This document shows positions 14,216 through 26,796 of a stretch of DNA of 64,000 nucleotides, in pieces. A program made the translations under genes and the position numbers. The stretch is from NCBI RefSeq assembly GCF_055900595.2, contig NZ_CM148325.1. One strand, given 5' to 3'. The notes below the pieces were generated by a model that was not told where the DNA came from, made no database searches, and was given only the letters and a program-made list of their open reading frames with translations. Each line of letters starts with the position of its first letter. Position 1 is the first letter of the stretch.

Positions 14216-15640
14216 TTACTGCATTAACAAGTAGATGGTGCTGTCGCCGCGCTGAATGTTCAGTGCCAGCACAGACGGTTTGCTGTCGAGAACTTTACGC
14301 AGTTCAGCGATGTTTTTCACTGCCTGCTGGTTCGCACCAATAATCACATCACCTTTCTTCAGGCCGATCTGCGCAGCTGGAGTGCCCGTTTTCACGTTGT
14401 TCACCACCACGCCCTGATCTTTGCCTTTGTTGCTCATCTCAGCGCCTTCAATGCCGTTGAAGATGGTGCTGGAATCAACCTGATTCTGGCTGCTCTGCTG
14501 CAGTTCCAGGTTCACGTTAACCTGCTTCCCGTCGCGCAGTAAGCCCAGGGTCAGTTTGCTGCCTACCGGCATAGTGCCCACCTGAGCACGCAGTGCGGCA
14601 AAGCTGCTGATTGGCTTACCGTTCAGTGAGGTGATCACATCACCCGCTTTAATGCCCGCTTTCGCGGCGGAAGAATTCGGCAGAACCTGGCTTACGAAAG
14701 CACCGCGCTGGGCGTCAACTTTCATCGCTTTCGCCAGATCGGAGTTCAGCTCAGTCCCCATAATACCCAGCTCACCGCGTTTCACCTGGCCGTATTCCAC
14801 CATCTGCGAGGTCAGGTTTTTCACCATGTTACTCGGGATAGCAAAACCGATACCGATGTTGCCGCCGTCCGGTGCGAGGATCGCGGTGTTGATACCGATC
14901 AGTTCGCCGTTCAGGTTAACCAGCGCACCACCGGAGTTACCACGGTTGATCGCAGCATCGGTCTGGATGAAGTTTTCATAGTTTTCGGCATTCAGACCGC
15001 TACGCCCCAGCGCAGAGACAATCCCGGAAGTTACTGTCTCGCCCAGGCCGAACGGGTTACCAATTGCTACGGTGTAATCACCCACGCGCAGTGCATCAGA
15101 ATCCGCCATCTTAATTGCGGTCAGGTTTTTCGGATTCTGGATCTGGATCAGCGCGATATCAGAGCGCGGATCTTTGCCAACCATCTTCGCGTCGAACTTA
15201 CGACCATCGCTCAGCTGGACTTTAATCACCGTCGCGTTATCAACAACGTGGTTGTTGGTGACGACATAGCCTTTATCGGCATCAATGATGACGCCGGAAC
15301 CCAGCGCCATGAATTTTTGTTGCTGGCCGCCGCCATTACCGCCCTGGCCCCCCTGGCAGAACGGAGAGCTCTGGAACGGAGAACCTTCCTGGCAGAACGG
15401 AGAATCATCACCGAAGAACTGCTGGAAATTACGCGGCATACGCGGCGTATTAACGGTTGTGCTACCTTCTACGTTAATGCTGACCACTGAAGGCATCACC
15501 TTTTCGAGCATTGGTGCAAGGCTTGGTATCTGCTGGGCTGTCGTTGCTGAAGAAGTCTCAGCCGCCGTTGCAGAGAGCGGAGATAACGCCAAACCTAAAC
15601 TCAGAGCCAGTGCACTCAGTGCTAATGTGGTTTTTTTCAT
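14216..15640 (-). CDS. degP: periplasmic serine endoprotease/chaperone DegP (HtrA)
   Basis: 474-aa ORF, signal peptide MKKTTLALSALALSLGLALSPLSATA, trypsin-like domain and two PDZ domains. Confidence 0.92.
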   Translation of the reverse strand: MKKTTLALSALALSLGLALSPLSATAAETSSATTAQQIPSLAPMLEKVMPSVVSINVEGSTTVNTPRMPRNFQQFFGDDSPFCQEGSPFQSSPFCQGGQGGNGGGQQQKFMALGSGVIIDADKGYVVTNNHVVDNATVIKVQLSDGRKFDAKMVGKDPRSDIALIQIQNPKNLTAIKMADSDALRVGDYTVAIGNPFGLGETVTSGIVSALGRSGLNAENYENFIQTDAAINRGNSGGALVNLNGELIGINTAILAPDGGNIGIGFAIPSNMVKNLTSQMVEYGQVKRGELGIMGTELNSDLAKAMKVDAQRGAFVSQVLPNSSAAKAGIKAGDVITSLNGKPISSFAALRAQVGTMPVGSKLTLGLLRDGKQVNVNLELQQSSQNQVDSSTIFNGIEGAEMSNKGKDQGVVVNNVKTGTPAAQIGLKKGDVIIGANQQAVKNIAELRKVLDSKPSVLALNIQRGDSTIYLLMQ

Positions 15641-15685
15641 GTATTTCAGTCTCGATTAACAGATAACGCAAAATTGCTGTGTTCT

Positions 15686-15712
15686 TCAGATTCGTTTTAT
15701 AGCGCGAAGTTC
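15686..15712 (-). promoter_or_regulatory. sigma-E (RpoE) dependent promoter of degP
   Basis: On the minus strand GGAACTT(-35) ...16 nt... TCTGA(-10) located about 45 bp upstream of the degP start. Confidence 0.7.
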
Positions 15713-15769
15713 CGAACTAAAGTTTCTGCAAAAGGTAAAAATTTATTGTTCGTCTTTACAAAAGCCTGG

Positions 15770-17287
15770 TTATTGTTCTACGGCCATCAGACGTCGGTAT
15801 TCATCCCAGGCATAGAGGTCGGTCATACCGCTGATATAATCCTGCAGCAGGCGGCAACGGTAATAATATTCCCATAGCGGAAACTCAGGAGAATCTGACG
15901 GTAATTTACTGACAGCCTCGACATAGGCCAGCCGATGGCGCGTCGAGAGTTTGTGGAATAAGCGCGATTCAATAGGGAAACGTTTCACCCGTTCTTTTTC
16001 TACCAGTTCAGTAAAGTCTGATAACGACAGGCTTAATAAAGGGCGATAAATCTCTAATAATCCGCTAATGACCCGATAGCCCTGCAATTCAAGCTGCTCG
16101 ACATCTGGATGGCTAAACACATGTTTTACAGCGACATTTTTATATAGCTTTAGAAGATCGCTGCATTCGCTGGCATCTTCCAATAATGCATGATTAAACG
16201 TTCCGGCGAAAATCGCAGGCAGATTATCAATAAATCGTTGTGCCGCGTAGGGTACCAGTTTATTTAGGGTGTTTACCCGTAAATACATAAAAAACTGATC
16301 TTCCGTACTGCGGCTTAAACTATTTGAGCGTGATTTTTCCCAGGCATTTTCAACCACCAGCGAAAAGAGCGAACCTTTCTCATGCTGGCCCCACGCTTCG
16401 TGCAAATGATGATAAAGCTGCTCAACGCTGAATATTCTTTTCTCTACCGCATCTTCAAGATCTGCCACACAATAGGAGATGTCGTCGGCAGCTTCCATAA
16501 TCCACGTTAATGGAAAACGACTGTAAAGCGCCAAATTAAGTTCTTTACGCAACCGGGCAATATAAGCTTCTTCAGAAAGATAATAACCCGGCTTTTTCAT
16601 TAAATAGTGATGTGTCTCAGGCGTTTCGCCACGCCACCACGCCGGACGGGTATATTTTAAAATACCGCCAACCTGTGCCCAGGTGAGATTCATCCGCATC
16701 AATGTATGCACCAGACGAATACCTTGTGCATTCCCCTCAAAATGGCATAAGTCCTGACGAATTTTGCGCCGCAGTTCGTTAAGCGGTTCTTCCCCTTCCC
16801 GTAAACGTAATGCCACCACGCAGCAGCGATCGTCAGTCAGAGGCTGGCTTTCGGCATCAGCCGGAAACAAACGCTGGCGAAACCAGTCATTTATCGCCGC
16901 TTCACCAAAATGGCCAAACGGCGGATTGCCGATATCGTGCATCAGGCATGACATCTCAACAATACTTTCAAAGGGGCCGGTCAGTTCATCCAGACCATAA
17001 TCTTCCAGTAATTTAAGCTCTTTCAGACGGCTTAAAATTTCTTTGGCGATGTAGCGCCCCACCTGCTGGACTTCCATTGAATGGGTTAGACGCGTGCGCA
17101 CGGCGGCATTTCGCTCCAGCGGAAAAACCTGGGTCTTTTGTTGCAGACGACGAATTGCCGGAGAGTTGATAATACGTCCGCGATCGCTCTCAAAGATTCG
17201 CAGGATCTCATGTTCGGTTTTAACGCCCTGTGGTGAACGGTAACGACGATGCCAGTTTATTTTTTTTCGGAAATCAATCTGTGCCAT
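15770..17287 (-). CDS. dgt: deoxyguanosinetriphosphate triphosphohydrolase
   Basis: 505-aa ORF, HD-domain motifs ([14 protein letters not shown]); upstream of degP. Confidence 0.9.
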   Translation of the reverse strand: MAQIDFRKKINWHRRYRSPQGVKTEHEILRIFESDRGRIINSPAIRRLQQKTQVFPLERNAAVRTRLTHSMEVQQVGRYIAKEILSRLKELKLLEDYGLDELTGPFESIVEMSCLMHDIGNPPFGHFGEAAINDWFRQRLFPADAESQPLTDDRCCVVALRLREGEEPLNELRRKIRQDLCHFEGNAQGIRLVHTLMRMNLTWAQVGGILKYTRPAWWRGETPETHHYLMKKPGYYLSEEAYIARLRKELNLALYSRFPLTWIMEAADDISYCVADLEDAVEKRIFSVEQLYHHLHEAWGQHEKGSLFSLVVENAWEKSRSNSLSRSTEDQFFMYLRVNTLNKLVPYAAQRFIDNLPAIFAGTFNHALLEDASECSDLLKLYKNVAVKHVFSHPDVEQLELQGYRVISGLLEIYRPLLSLSLSDFTELVEKERVKRFPIESRLFHKLSTRHRLAYVEAVSKLPSDSPEFPLWEYYYRCRLLQDYISGMTDLYAWDEYRRLMAVEQ

Positions 17288-17370
17288 GTCCTCTCCCGCG
17301 TGAGAAATACGCTTCCCCGTAAGCGCATGGTAAACTATGCCTTCAAATCGGGCTTATCGCGAGTAAATCT

Positions 17371-18069
17371 ATGAAAATCGGCATCATTGGTGCAATGGAA
17401 GAAGAAGTTACGCTGCTGCGTGACAAAATCGAAAACCGCCAAACTATCAGTCTGGGCGGTTGCGAAATCTATACCGGCCAACTGAATGGAACCGAAGTTG
17501 TGCTTCTGAAATCGGGCATCGGTAAAGTCGCTGCGGCACTGGGTGCAACTCTGCTGTTGGAACACTGCAAGCCAGATGTGATTATTAACACCGGTTCTGC
17601 CGGTGGCCTGGCACCAACGCTGAAAGTGGGCGATATCGTTGTCTCGGACGAAGCACGTTATCACGACGCGGATGTCACGGCATTTGGTTATGAATACGGT
17701 CAGTTACCAGGCTGCCCGGCAGGCTTCAAAGCTGACGATAAACTGATCGCTGCCGCTGAGGCCTGCATTGCCGAACTGAATCTTAACGCTGTACGTGGCC
17801 TGATTGTCAGCGGCGACGCTTTCATCAACGGTTCTGTTGGCCTGGCGAAAATCCGCCACAACTTCCCGCAGGCCATTGCTGTAGAGATGGAAGCGACGGC
17901 AATCGCTCATGTCTGCCACAATTTTAACGTCCCGTTTGTTGTCGTACGCGCCATCTCCGACGTGGCCGATCAACAGTCTCATCTTAGCTTCGATGAGTTC
18001 CTGGCTGTTGCTGCTAAACAGTCCAGTCTGATGGTTGAGTCACTGGTGCAGAAACTGGCACATGGCTAA
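17371..18069 (+). CDS. mtn: 5'-methylthioadenosine/S-adenosylhomocysteine nucleosidase
   Basis: 232-aa [59 protein letters not shown]. Confidence 0.9.
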   Translation: MKIGIIGAMEEEVTLLRDKIENRQTISLGGCEIYTGQLNGTEVVLLKSGIGKVAAALGATLLLEHCKPDVIINTGSAGGLAPTLKVGDIVVSDEARYHDADVTAFGYEYGQLPGCPAGFKADDKLIAAAEACIAELNLNAVRGLIVSGDAFINGSVGLAKIRHNFPQAIAVEMEATAIAHVCHNFNVPFVVVRAISDVADQQSHLSFDEFLAVAAKQSSLMVESLVQKLAHG

Positions 18070-18862
18070 GTCACTGTTCAGGGCGCTGGTCGCCCTGTCT
18101 TTTCTCGCGCCGCTGTGGCTCAACGCCGCGCCGCGCGTCATCACGCTTTCACCCGCCAACACTGAACTTGCTTTTGCCGCCGGGATCACGCCGGTAGGGG
18201 TCAGCAGTTATTCCGACTACCCTCCACAAGCGCAAAAGATTGAGCAGGTTTCAACCTGGCAGGGGATGAATCTCGAACGCATTGTGGCCCTTAAACCCGA
18301 TCTGGTGATTGCCTGGCGTGGAGGTAATGCCGAGCGGCAGGTTGACCAGTTAGCTTCGCTGGGAATAAAAGTAATGTGGGTCGATGCGACAAGCATTGAA
18401 CAAATTGCCAATGCGTTACGTCAACTGGCCCCCTGGAGCCCACAACCGGACAAGGCTGAACAAGCCGCGCAATCCCTGCTGGACCAGTACGCACAATTGA
18501 AAGCGCAATATGCTGATAAACCTAAAAAACGTGTTTTTCTGCAATTCGGCATTAATCCGCCATTTACCAGTGGAAAAGAGTCGATTCAAAACCAGGTACT
18601 CGAAGTTTGTGGCGGAGAAAACATCTTTAAAGACAGCCGGGTTCCCTGGCCGCAAGTTAGCCGCGAACAGGTGTTAGCACGCGCGCCACAGGCGATTGTC
18701 ATTACAGGTGGACCGGACCAAATTCCTAAAATCAAACAATACTGGGGTGAACAGCTCAAAATTCCCGTTATTCCTCTCACGAGTGACTGGTTTGAACGTG
18801 CAAGCCCACGTATTATCCTCGCTGCACAACAGCTCTGTAATGCGCTTTCACAGGTAGATTAG
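18062..18862 (+). CDS. btuF: vitamin B12 periplasmic binding protein
   Basis: 266 aa from internal [22 protein letters not shown] signal peptide; start overlaps mtn 3' end by 8 nt. Confidence 0.88.
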   Translation: MAKSLFRALVALSFLAPLWLNAAPRVITLSPANTELAFAAGITPVGVSSYSDYPPQAQKIEQVSTWQGMNLERIVALKPDLVIAWRGGNAERQVDQLASLGIKVMWVDATSIEQIANALRQLAPWSPQPDKAEQAAQSLLDQYAQLKAQYADKPKKRVFLQFGINPPFTSGKESIQNQVLEVCGGENIFKDSRVPWPQVSREQVLARAPQAIVITGGPDQIPKIKQYWGEQLKIPVIPLTSDWFERASPRIILAAQQLCNALSQVD

Positions 18863-18899
18863 CGCCTGATCTTTTCAGGTGCTCAGTGGGGATAGAACA

Positions 18900-19523
18900 A
18901 TGCTCGTCTATTGGCTGGATATAGTCGGCACAGCGGTATTTGCCATCTCCGGCGTTTTGTTAGCCGGAAAATTGCGTATGGACCCTTTTGGTGTTCTGGT
19001 ACTGGGCGTGGTTACCGCAGTAGGCGGCGGGACAATTCGCGACATGGCGCTGGATCACGGCCCGGTCTTTTGGGTGAAAGATCCCACCGATCTGGTTGTT
19101 GCAATGGTGACCAGTATGCTGACGATCGTGCTGGTGCGCCAGCCAAGACGCTTACCGAAATGGATGTTGCCGGTGCTGGATGCCGTTGGTCTGGCGGTGT
19201 TTGTCGGCATTGGCGTGAATAAAGCCTTTAATGCGGAAGCCGGTCCGTTGATCGCGGTTTGTATGGGCGTCATTACTGGCGTTGGCGGCGGGATCATTCG
19301 TGATGTACTGGCCCGCGAAATCCCCATGATTTTACGCACAGAAATCTACGCAACGGCCTGTATTATCGGCGGTATTGTCCACGCTACGGCTTATTACACA
19401 TTTTCCGTGCCCCTGGAAACAGCCAGTATGATGGGCATGGTCGTGACGCTATTGATTCGACTGGCGGCTATTCGTTGGCATCTTAAGCTACCGACGTTTG
19501 CGCTGGATGAGAATGGGCGTTGA
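18900..19523 (+). CDS. yadS: UPF0126 inner membrane protein
   Basis: 207 aa from MLVYWLDIVGTAVFAISGVLLAG; glycine-rich transmembrane repeats. Confidence 0.8.
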   Translation: MLVYWLDIVGTAVFAISGVLLAGKLRMDPFGVLVLGVVTAVGGGTIRDMALDHGPVFWVKDPTDLVVAMVTSMLTIVLVRQPRRLPKWMLPVLDAVGLAVFVGIGVNKAFNAEAGPLIAVCMGVITGVGGGIIRDVLAREIPMILRTEIYATACIIGGIVHATAYYTFSVPLETASMMGMVVTLLIRLAAIRWHLKLPTFALDENGR

Positions 19524-19534
19524 AGAGTGAAGAT

Positions 19535-19557
19535 GTGCCGGATAGTTTATCCGGCAC
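19535..19557. terminator. hairpin between convergent yadS and erpA
   Basis: GTGCCGGATA-GTT-TATCCGGCAC perfect stem-loop. Confidence 0.55.
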
Positions 19558-19569
19558 ATGAACAACAGA

Positions 19570-19914
19570 TTAGATGCTGAAGGAAGAACCGCAACCGCAG
19601 GTGCTTTTCGCGTTCGGGTTGGTCACGATGAAACGAGAACCTTCCAGACCTTCGGTATAGTCAACGGAACCGCCGACCAGATATTGCAGGCTCATCGGGT
19701 CAACCACCAGGCCAACGCCCTGTTTTTCGATGGTCATATCGCCTTCGTTCACCTGATCATCAAAGGTGAAACCATACTGGAAGCCGCTGCAACCGCCACC
19801 GGTGATATACACGCGTAATTTCAGATTCGGGTTATCTTCGTCAGCGATCAGGCTTTTAACTTTGTTGGCTGCTGCGTCGGTAAACTCCAGCGGCAGTGCT
19901 ACGTCATCACTCAT
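19570..19914 (-). CDS. erpA: iron-sulfur cluster insertion protein (A-type carrier)
   Basis: 114 aa from [21 protein letters not shown]-terminal CGCGSSF motif. Confidence 0.88.
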
Positions 19915-19995
19915 ATTTTGCTCCAAACGACATCGGCAATTGGGCAAATTCTAACCCAATAATAATCGCCATTATCTAATACCCTGGTATTTCGT

Positions 19996-21435
<1,440 letters not shown>

Positions 21436-21641
21436 TCATACAAATAAGATGACGGCATTTTACTCGCACGTTCCATGAAAATCCTTTGCAAAGCGTAATG
21501 TTTCAAATGCACAAAACTTTTATACTCTATGAAATCAGGATTGCACCAGCACAAGCAACCTGACGTTTGACGAGTATTTAACTTGTTATGAATAACATAG
21601 AATAGCAGCCATTCACTTTTTCTACGAATCAGGAACCCTCC

Positions 21642-22922
21642 ATGAGTAAGTCTGAAAATCTATACAGCGCAGCGCGCGAGCTGATCCCTGGCGGTGTGAA
21701 CTCCCCTGTTCGCGCCTTTACCGGCGTGGGCGGCACTCCACTGTTTATCGAAAAAGCGGACGGCGCTTATCTGTACGATGTTGATGGCAAAGCCTATATC
21801 GATTATGTCGGTTCCTGGGGGCCGATGGTGCTGGGCCATAACCATCCGGCGATCCGCAATGCCGTGATTGAAGCCGCCGAGCGTGGTTTAAGCTTTGGTG
21901 CACCGACCGAAATGGAAGTGAAAATGGCGCAACTGGTGACCGAACTGGTCCCGACCATGGATATGGTGCGCATGGTGAACTCCGGCACTGAAGCGACAAT
22001 GAGTGCCATCCGCCTGGCCCGCGGTTTTACCGGTCGCGACAAAATCATTAAATTTGAAGGTTGTTACCACGGTCACGCTGACTGCCTGCTGGTAAAAGCC
22101 GGTTCTGGCGCACTCACGTTAGGCCAGCCAAACTCGCCGGGCGTTCCGGCAGATTTCGCCAAACATACATTAACCTGTACTTATAACGATCTGGCCTCTG
22201 TACGCGCCGCGTTTGAGCAATACCCGCAAGAGATTGCCTGTATTATTGTCGAGCCAGTAGCAGGCAACATGAACTGTGTTCCGCCGCTGCCAGAGTTCCT
22301 ACCGGGTCTGCGCGCACTGTGCGACGAATTTGGCGCATTGCTGATCATCGATGAAGTGATGACCGGTTTCCGCGTGGCGCTGGCTGGCGCGCAGGATTAT
22401 TACGACGTGGTGCCAGACCTCACCTGCCTGGGCAAAATCATCGGCGGTGGAATGCCGGTAGGCGCATTCGGTGGTCGTCGTGATGTGATGGATGCGCTGG
22501 CCCCGACCGGTCCGGTCTATCAGGCGGGTACGCTTTCCGGTAACCCGATTGCGATGGCAGCCGGTTTCGCCTGTCTGAATGAAGTCGCGCAGCCGGGCGT
22601 TCACGAGACGCTGGATGAGCTGACAACACGTCTGGCAGAAGGTCTGCGGGAAGCGGCAGAAGAAGCGGGAATTCCATTGGTCGTTAACCATGTTGGCGGC
22701 ATGTTCGGTATTTTCTTTACCGACGCCGAGTCCGTGACGTGCTATCAGGATGTGATGGCCTGCGACGTCGAGCGCTTTAAGCGTTTCTTCCATATGATGC
22801 TGGACGAAGGTGTTTACCTGGCACCGTCAGCGTTTGAAGCGGGCTTTATGTCTGTGGCGCACAGCATGGAAGATATCAATAACACCATCGATGCTGCACG
22901 TCGGGTGTTTGCGAAGTTGTGA
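21642..22922 (+). CDS. hemL: glutamate-1-semialdehyde 2,1-aminomutase
   Basis: 426-aa [29 protein letters not shown], class-III aminotransferase. Confidence 0.92.
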   Translation: MSKSENLYSAARELIPGGVNSPVRAFTGVGGTPLFIEKADGAYLYDVDGKAYIDYVGSWGPMVLGHNHPAIRNAVIEAAERGLSFGAPTEMEVKMAQLVTELVPTMDMVRMVNSGTEATMSAIRLARGFTGRDKIIKFEGCYHGHADCLLVKAGSGALTLGQPNSPGVPADFAKHTLTCTYNDLASVRAAFEQYPQEIACIIVEPVAGNMNCVPPLPEFLPGLRALCDEFGALLIIDEVMTGFRVALAGAQDYYDVVPDLTCLGKIIGGGMPVGAFGGRRDVMDALAPTGPVYQAGTLSGNPIAMAAGFACLNEVAQPGVHETLDELTTRLAEGLREAAEEAGIPLVVNHVGGMFGIFFTDAESVTCYQDVMACDVERFKRFFHMMLDEGVYLAPSAFEAGFMSVAHSMEDINNTIDAARRVFAKL

Positions 22923-22934
22923 TCCAGCATGGTT

Positions 22935-23022
22935 TGTCGGATGCGGCGTAAACGCCTTATCCGACCTACAGATCAGGACCGTTTGTAGGCCCGATAAGAC
23001 GCCACAGCGTCGCATCGGGCAT
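22935..23022. repeat. REP (palindromic unit) pair / BIME between hemL and fhuB
   Basis: TGTCGGATGCGGCGTAAACGCCTTATCCGACCTACA and inverted copy GTAGGCCCGATAAGACGCCACAGCGTCGCATCGGGCAT. Confidence 0.8.
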
Positions 23023-23079
23023 CCGTTGCCGCGTAAAAGCTTTATCCATCCAGGAGTTAAGGGCCGTTATATGGAAAAA

Positions 23080-25062
23080 TTAACGGCTCTGCTTTCTCAA
23101 CAAATAGATAAAATACGGCGCGCCGATAAAGGTCGACAGCAGCCCCGCTGGGATCTGGAATGGAAACAGCACCATCCGCCCACACCAGTCAGCGAACACC
23201 AGCAGTAATCCCCCCACCAGCGCCGAAATCACAATATGCGGCATCGTCCGTCGAAAGCCCATCATCCGTGCGATATGCGGTGCCATCAGGCCAACAAAAC
23301 TCAACGGCCCGATGGTCATTGTCGCGGTCGCCGTCAGGCAAGCCGCCAGCAGCAGTAGCGCAATTCGCGTCGGCGTCAGCGCCATTCCCACGGCTCGTGC
23401 GGTATCACCTCCCAGCGGTAAAATGGTCAGCCAGCGGCGGCACAGCGGGGTAATCGCCAGCAAAATCACCATCACAATTCCGGTGCGCCAGACCTGCGCC
23501 TCGGTCGCGTTGTAGGTCGAACCGGAAATCCAGGTCAGAACTTGCGCCATTCGCGGGTCACCACTTGCCTGCAACATCATCAAAAGCATGGTGAACGCGG
23601 TACTTAACGCCATCCCCGCCAGTAACATGCGGTGTGGAGAAAATCCACCGCGTCCGGCGGCGATCATAATGATCAACAGCGTCACCGCCGCCCCGAGACT
23701 TCCCGCGGGTAACAGCCAGCCAAAGGCATTACCCGGCACCAGAAACAGCATTAACACCACGCCAAACGCCGCGCCGGAGCTAATCCCCAGCACTTCCGGG
23801 CTTGCCATCGGGTTGCCGGTCAGCCGCTGAATAATACAGCCCGCCACCGCCAGCATGACGCCCGCAAACAGCGCCGCCATAATTCGCGGCCAGCGCCAGG
23901 GCATCAAATCCTCGAGCAGCGCCCCGCTCGCCCACGTCCAGCCGTGCGCATCACGACCAAACGACAGCGCCACCACCACAGCAATTATCAGCAGCACACC
24001 GCCAGCAAGGGCAAACGCCAGCACATGTTGGCGTTCAGTCGCGACACGATCGTTGGCCTTCATATCCGGCGCACTGATGCTGCGTAAACGCGGCAGCAGC
24101 CACAGTAACAGCGGCGCACCTATCAACGCCGTCATCGAACCGGTAGAAACTTCCATCCACACGCGAGTCAGCCAGAGGATGATTTGATCGGAAAGCCAGA
24201 GGATCAGCGCACCAATCAGTGACGCCAGCAGCAGTCTTGGCAGCAGACGCCGCGCCCCCAGCATTTTTGCCAGCAGCGGCGCGAACAACCCGATAAAGCC
24301 GATAATCCCCACCGCGTTCACCAGCAGAGCACTGATGACTATCGCCAGCGACAGCGCCGCCAGACGCGCGAGCGATAAAGCCAGTCCGAGATTACGCGCC
24401 ACGCCATCATCAAGCCCCATCAGGGTTAATGGACGAAGTAGCAGTAACGTCAACATCACGCCGCCCAGCAGCTGTGGCCATAAACGCTCAACGCCGCCCC
24501 AGTCGGTTTGCGTCAGCGTTCCGGTACTCCACAGGAACATGCTTTGTAGCTGGTCGTGATGGAAGATAACCAGTAACTGATTGATTGCCCCGCAATAAAG
24601 GCTCACCACAAGCCCCGCGAGGATCAGCGTTACCGGAGAAAGCCGTTTCCCCCACGCGACGCCAAAGACAATTAAGCCAACCACACAAGCCCCTGCCAAT
24701 GCAGCAAACTGGCTCGCCATAGCACCAGGGATCGCCCAGAGCGTGGTGACGGTAATCCCCAGTTGCGCGCCTGTAGCAACGCCCAACGTGGTCGGTTCCG
24801 CCAGCGGGTTACGTAACACTTGCTGAAACAGCACGCCCACCAGTCCCAGACCCGCGCCCACCAGCAGCGAAATCGCCAGACGTGGCAGCAAGCTGTAGTG
24901 AAAAATCATCTGCTCGATGACGTCAATATCCGGCGACCAGGCAGCCTGCGCCCACTGGCTACGCGGCAGCGCCTGAGAGAAGTTCATCCAGGTGAGCACC
25001 GCTGCGGCAACCACCAACAGCGCCAGCAATAATGCCGGGAAAAGCGCAATACGTTTACTCAC
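23080..25062 (-). CDS. fhuB: ferric hydroxamate ABC transporter permease
   Basis: 660-aa ORF, duplicated FecCD-type permease halves; operon fhuA-C-D-B. Confidence 0.9.
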   Translation of the reverse strand: MSKRIALFPALLLALLVVAAAVLTWMNFSQALPRSQWAQAAWSPDIDVIEQMIFHYSLLPRLAISLLVGAGLGLVGVLFQQVLRNPLAEPTTLGVATGAQLGITVTTLWAIPGAMASQFAALAGACVVGLIVFGVAWGKRLSPVTLILAGLVVSLYCGAINQLLVIFHHDQLQSMFLWSTGTLTQTDWGGVERLWPQLLGGVMLTLLLLRPLTLMGLDDGVARNLGLALSLARLAALSLAIVISALLVNAVGIIGFIGLFAPLLAKMLGARRLLPRLLLASLIGALILWLSDQIILWLTRVWMEVSTGSMTALIGAPLLLWLLPRLRSISAPDMKANDRVATERQHVLAFALAGGVLLIIAVVVALSFGRDAHGWTWASGALLEDLMPWRWPRIMAALFAGVMLAVAGCIIQRLTGNPMASPEVLGISSGAAFGVVLMLFLVPGNAFGWLLPAGSLGAAVTLLIIMIAAGRGGFSPHRMLLAGMALSTAFTMLLMMLQASGDPRMAQVLTWISGSTYNATEAQVWRTGIVMVILLAITPLCRRWLTILPLGGDTARAVGMALTPTRIALLLLAACLTATATMTIGPLSFVGLMAPHIARMMGFRRTMPHIVISALVGGLLLVFADWCGRMVLFPFQIPAGLLSTFIGAPYFIYLLRKQSR

Positions 25063-25949
25063 GCTTTACCTCCGATGGCGTTATCCAGAATACGCACAAA
25101 GTGCATTGCCGAGAGCGTCGCACCATAAAACCAGACTGCGGGGACGCGCTGAAAGCGTCCGGCACGGACAAACGGCATGGCCTGCCACAGCGGGGTTGCC
25201 ATTAGTGCGTCCATGTCTTTGCTGTTGTCGTGATCAAAACAGAGCACATCAACGTCCTTATACGCTGCCAGACGATCGATACTGACGGCAGTACTGCCCC
25301 AGAAGTTGGTTTCTCCTTGCCAGGCATTTGGGATGCCGTACTCATCGAGAATTTCCTGGAACAGGCTGTTCGGGCCGAAGACCAGCATATGGCGTGGATC
25401 GATAAGCGTCGTCAGCAATAACGGGCGCGCACCACGCTTCACAAAACGGGGTTTCATGCTGCGGATGAAGTCTTCATAGTGCGCTAAATGCGTTTCTGCT
25501 GCGCTTTGCAGGTTAAGCAAATCTGCCATTTCCGTCAGCGATTTACGCGCCATCGCCAGCGGCTGTTTGCCGTCGCTGAAGTTAAATCCGCGCCCCGGCG
25601 CAATACGTGCCAGCATTTCTGGCGAAGGGCCATACCCTGCCGACCAGACCATAAACGACGGCTTCATTTCGGTCAGCAGTTCAAGGTTAGGTTCTGTCCG
25701 CAAACCGACGTCAATCACCGATTCAGGTAATGGCGGTTCGCTGACCCACAGGCGATAGTTGATGGTATCCGCCACGCCGTAAGGCACGATGCCTAGCGCC
25801 AGCAGTAATTCCACCGGCAACCACTCCAGCGCCACAATACGCTTTGGATCAATAGCCGCCGCGCGGGCGGTATTCATCTGCCATAACAACGGAGATAGCG
25901 CCATCGCTGTTAACAGTCGACGGCGCGTAATTAGAGGTAAGCCACTCAT
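25059..25949 (-). CDS. fhuD: ferric hydroxamate periplasmic binding protein
   Basis: 296 aa from MSGLPLITRRRLLTAMALSPLLW (Tat-like signal); stop overlaps fhuB start, start overlaps fhuC stop. Confidence 0.88.
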   Translation of the reverse strand: MSGLPLITRRRLLTAMALSPLLWQMNTARAAAIDPKRIVALEWLPVELLLALGIVPYGVADTINYRLWVSEPPLPESVIDVGLRTEPNLELLTEMKPSFMVWSAGYGPSPEMLARIAPGRGFNFSDGKQPLAMARKSLTEMADLLNLQSAAETHLAHYEDFIRSMKPRFVKRGARPLLLTTLIDPRHMLVFGPNSLFQEILDEYGIPNAWQGETNFWGSTAVSIDRLAAYKDVDVLCFDHDNSKDMDALMATPLWQAMPFVRAGRFQRVPAVWFYGATLSAMHFVRILDNAIGGKA

Positions 25950-26746
25950 CAATAAACAAAACTCACAGGTGCAGCACCCGCCGGATGCGGCAAAATTCCC
26001 ATCGGGATGCCATAAATCATTTCGAGGGTTTCGCCGCGCATAATTTCCGCAGGCGTTCCCTGCGCAATCATTTCACCGCCGCGCAGGGCGACCAGATAAT
26101 CACAGTAACGCGCAGCCATATTGATATCGTGCAGCACGGCAATGACCGTCAGGCCACGCTCCTGACTTAAACGGTGCACCAGCGCCAGCACATCAACCTG
26201 GTGGGCGATATCCAGCGCCGAGGTCGGTTCGTCGAGCAACAGACAACGGCTATCCTGCGCCACCAGCATGGCGATCCACGCCCGTTGACGTTCGCCGCCA
26301 GAGAGGCTATCGACCAGCCGATGCGCCAGCGGTTTTAAGCCAACCAGCGAGATAGCCTCTTCGACCTTTTCGCGATCTGCCGCGCCAAAGCGCCCCAGCG
26401 CGCCATGCCACGGGTAACGACCAATCGCCACCAGTTCACGCACCGTCATCCCTTCTGCCGGAGGAAGCTGCTGCGGCAAATAAGCCACTTTGCGAGCAAA
26501 CGCTTTGCTGCTCCAGCTTTCCAGCGGCTGGGCATCAAGAAGAATCTCCCCTTCTGACGGTGGCTGATGGCGGCCCAACATTTTTAACAGCGTGGATTTA
26601 CCAGAGCCGTTGTGACCAATCAGACCGGTCACTTTCCCGGCAGGAAAGGTTAACGACAGCGGATGCAAAAGCGTGCGCCCGGGCACACGAAAGGAGATAT
26701 TACGCAGTGCAAAAGTGGTATCGGAATGATTCGTGTATTCCTGCAT
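25949..26746 (-). CDS. fhuC: ferric hydroxamate ABC transporter ATP-binding protein
   Basis: ORF of 300 aa; conserved protein starts at internal MQEYTNHSDTTFALRNISFRVPG giving 265 aa; Walker A GHNGSGKST. Confidence 0.9.
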   Translation of the reverse strand: MQEYTNHSDTTFALRNISFRVPGRTLLHPLSLTFPAGKVTGLIGHNGSGKSTLLKMLGRHQPPSEGEILLDAQPLESWSSKAFARKVAYLPQQLPPAEGMTVRELVAIGRYPWHGALGRFGAADREKVEEAISLVGLKPLAHRLVDSLSGGERQRAWIAMLVAQDSRCLLLDEPTSALDIAHQVDVLALVHRLSQERGLTVIAVLHDINMAARYCDYLVALRGGEMIAQGTPAEIMRGETLEMIYGIPMGILPHPAGAAPVSFVY

Positions 26747-26796
26747 AACAGCCAACTTGTGAAACGGGCACGGAAATCCGTGCCCCAAAAGAGAAA

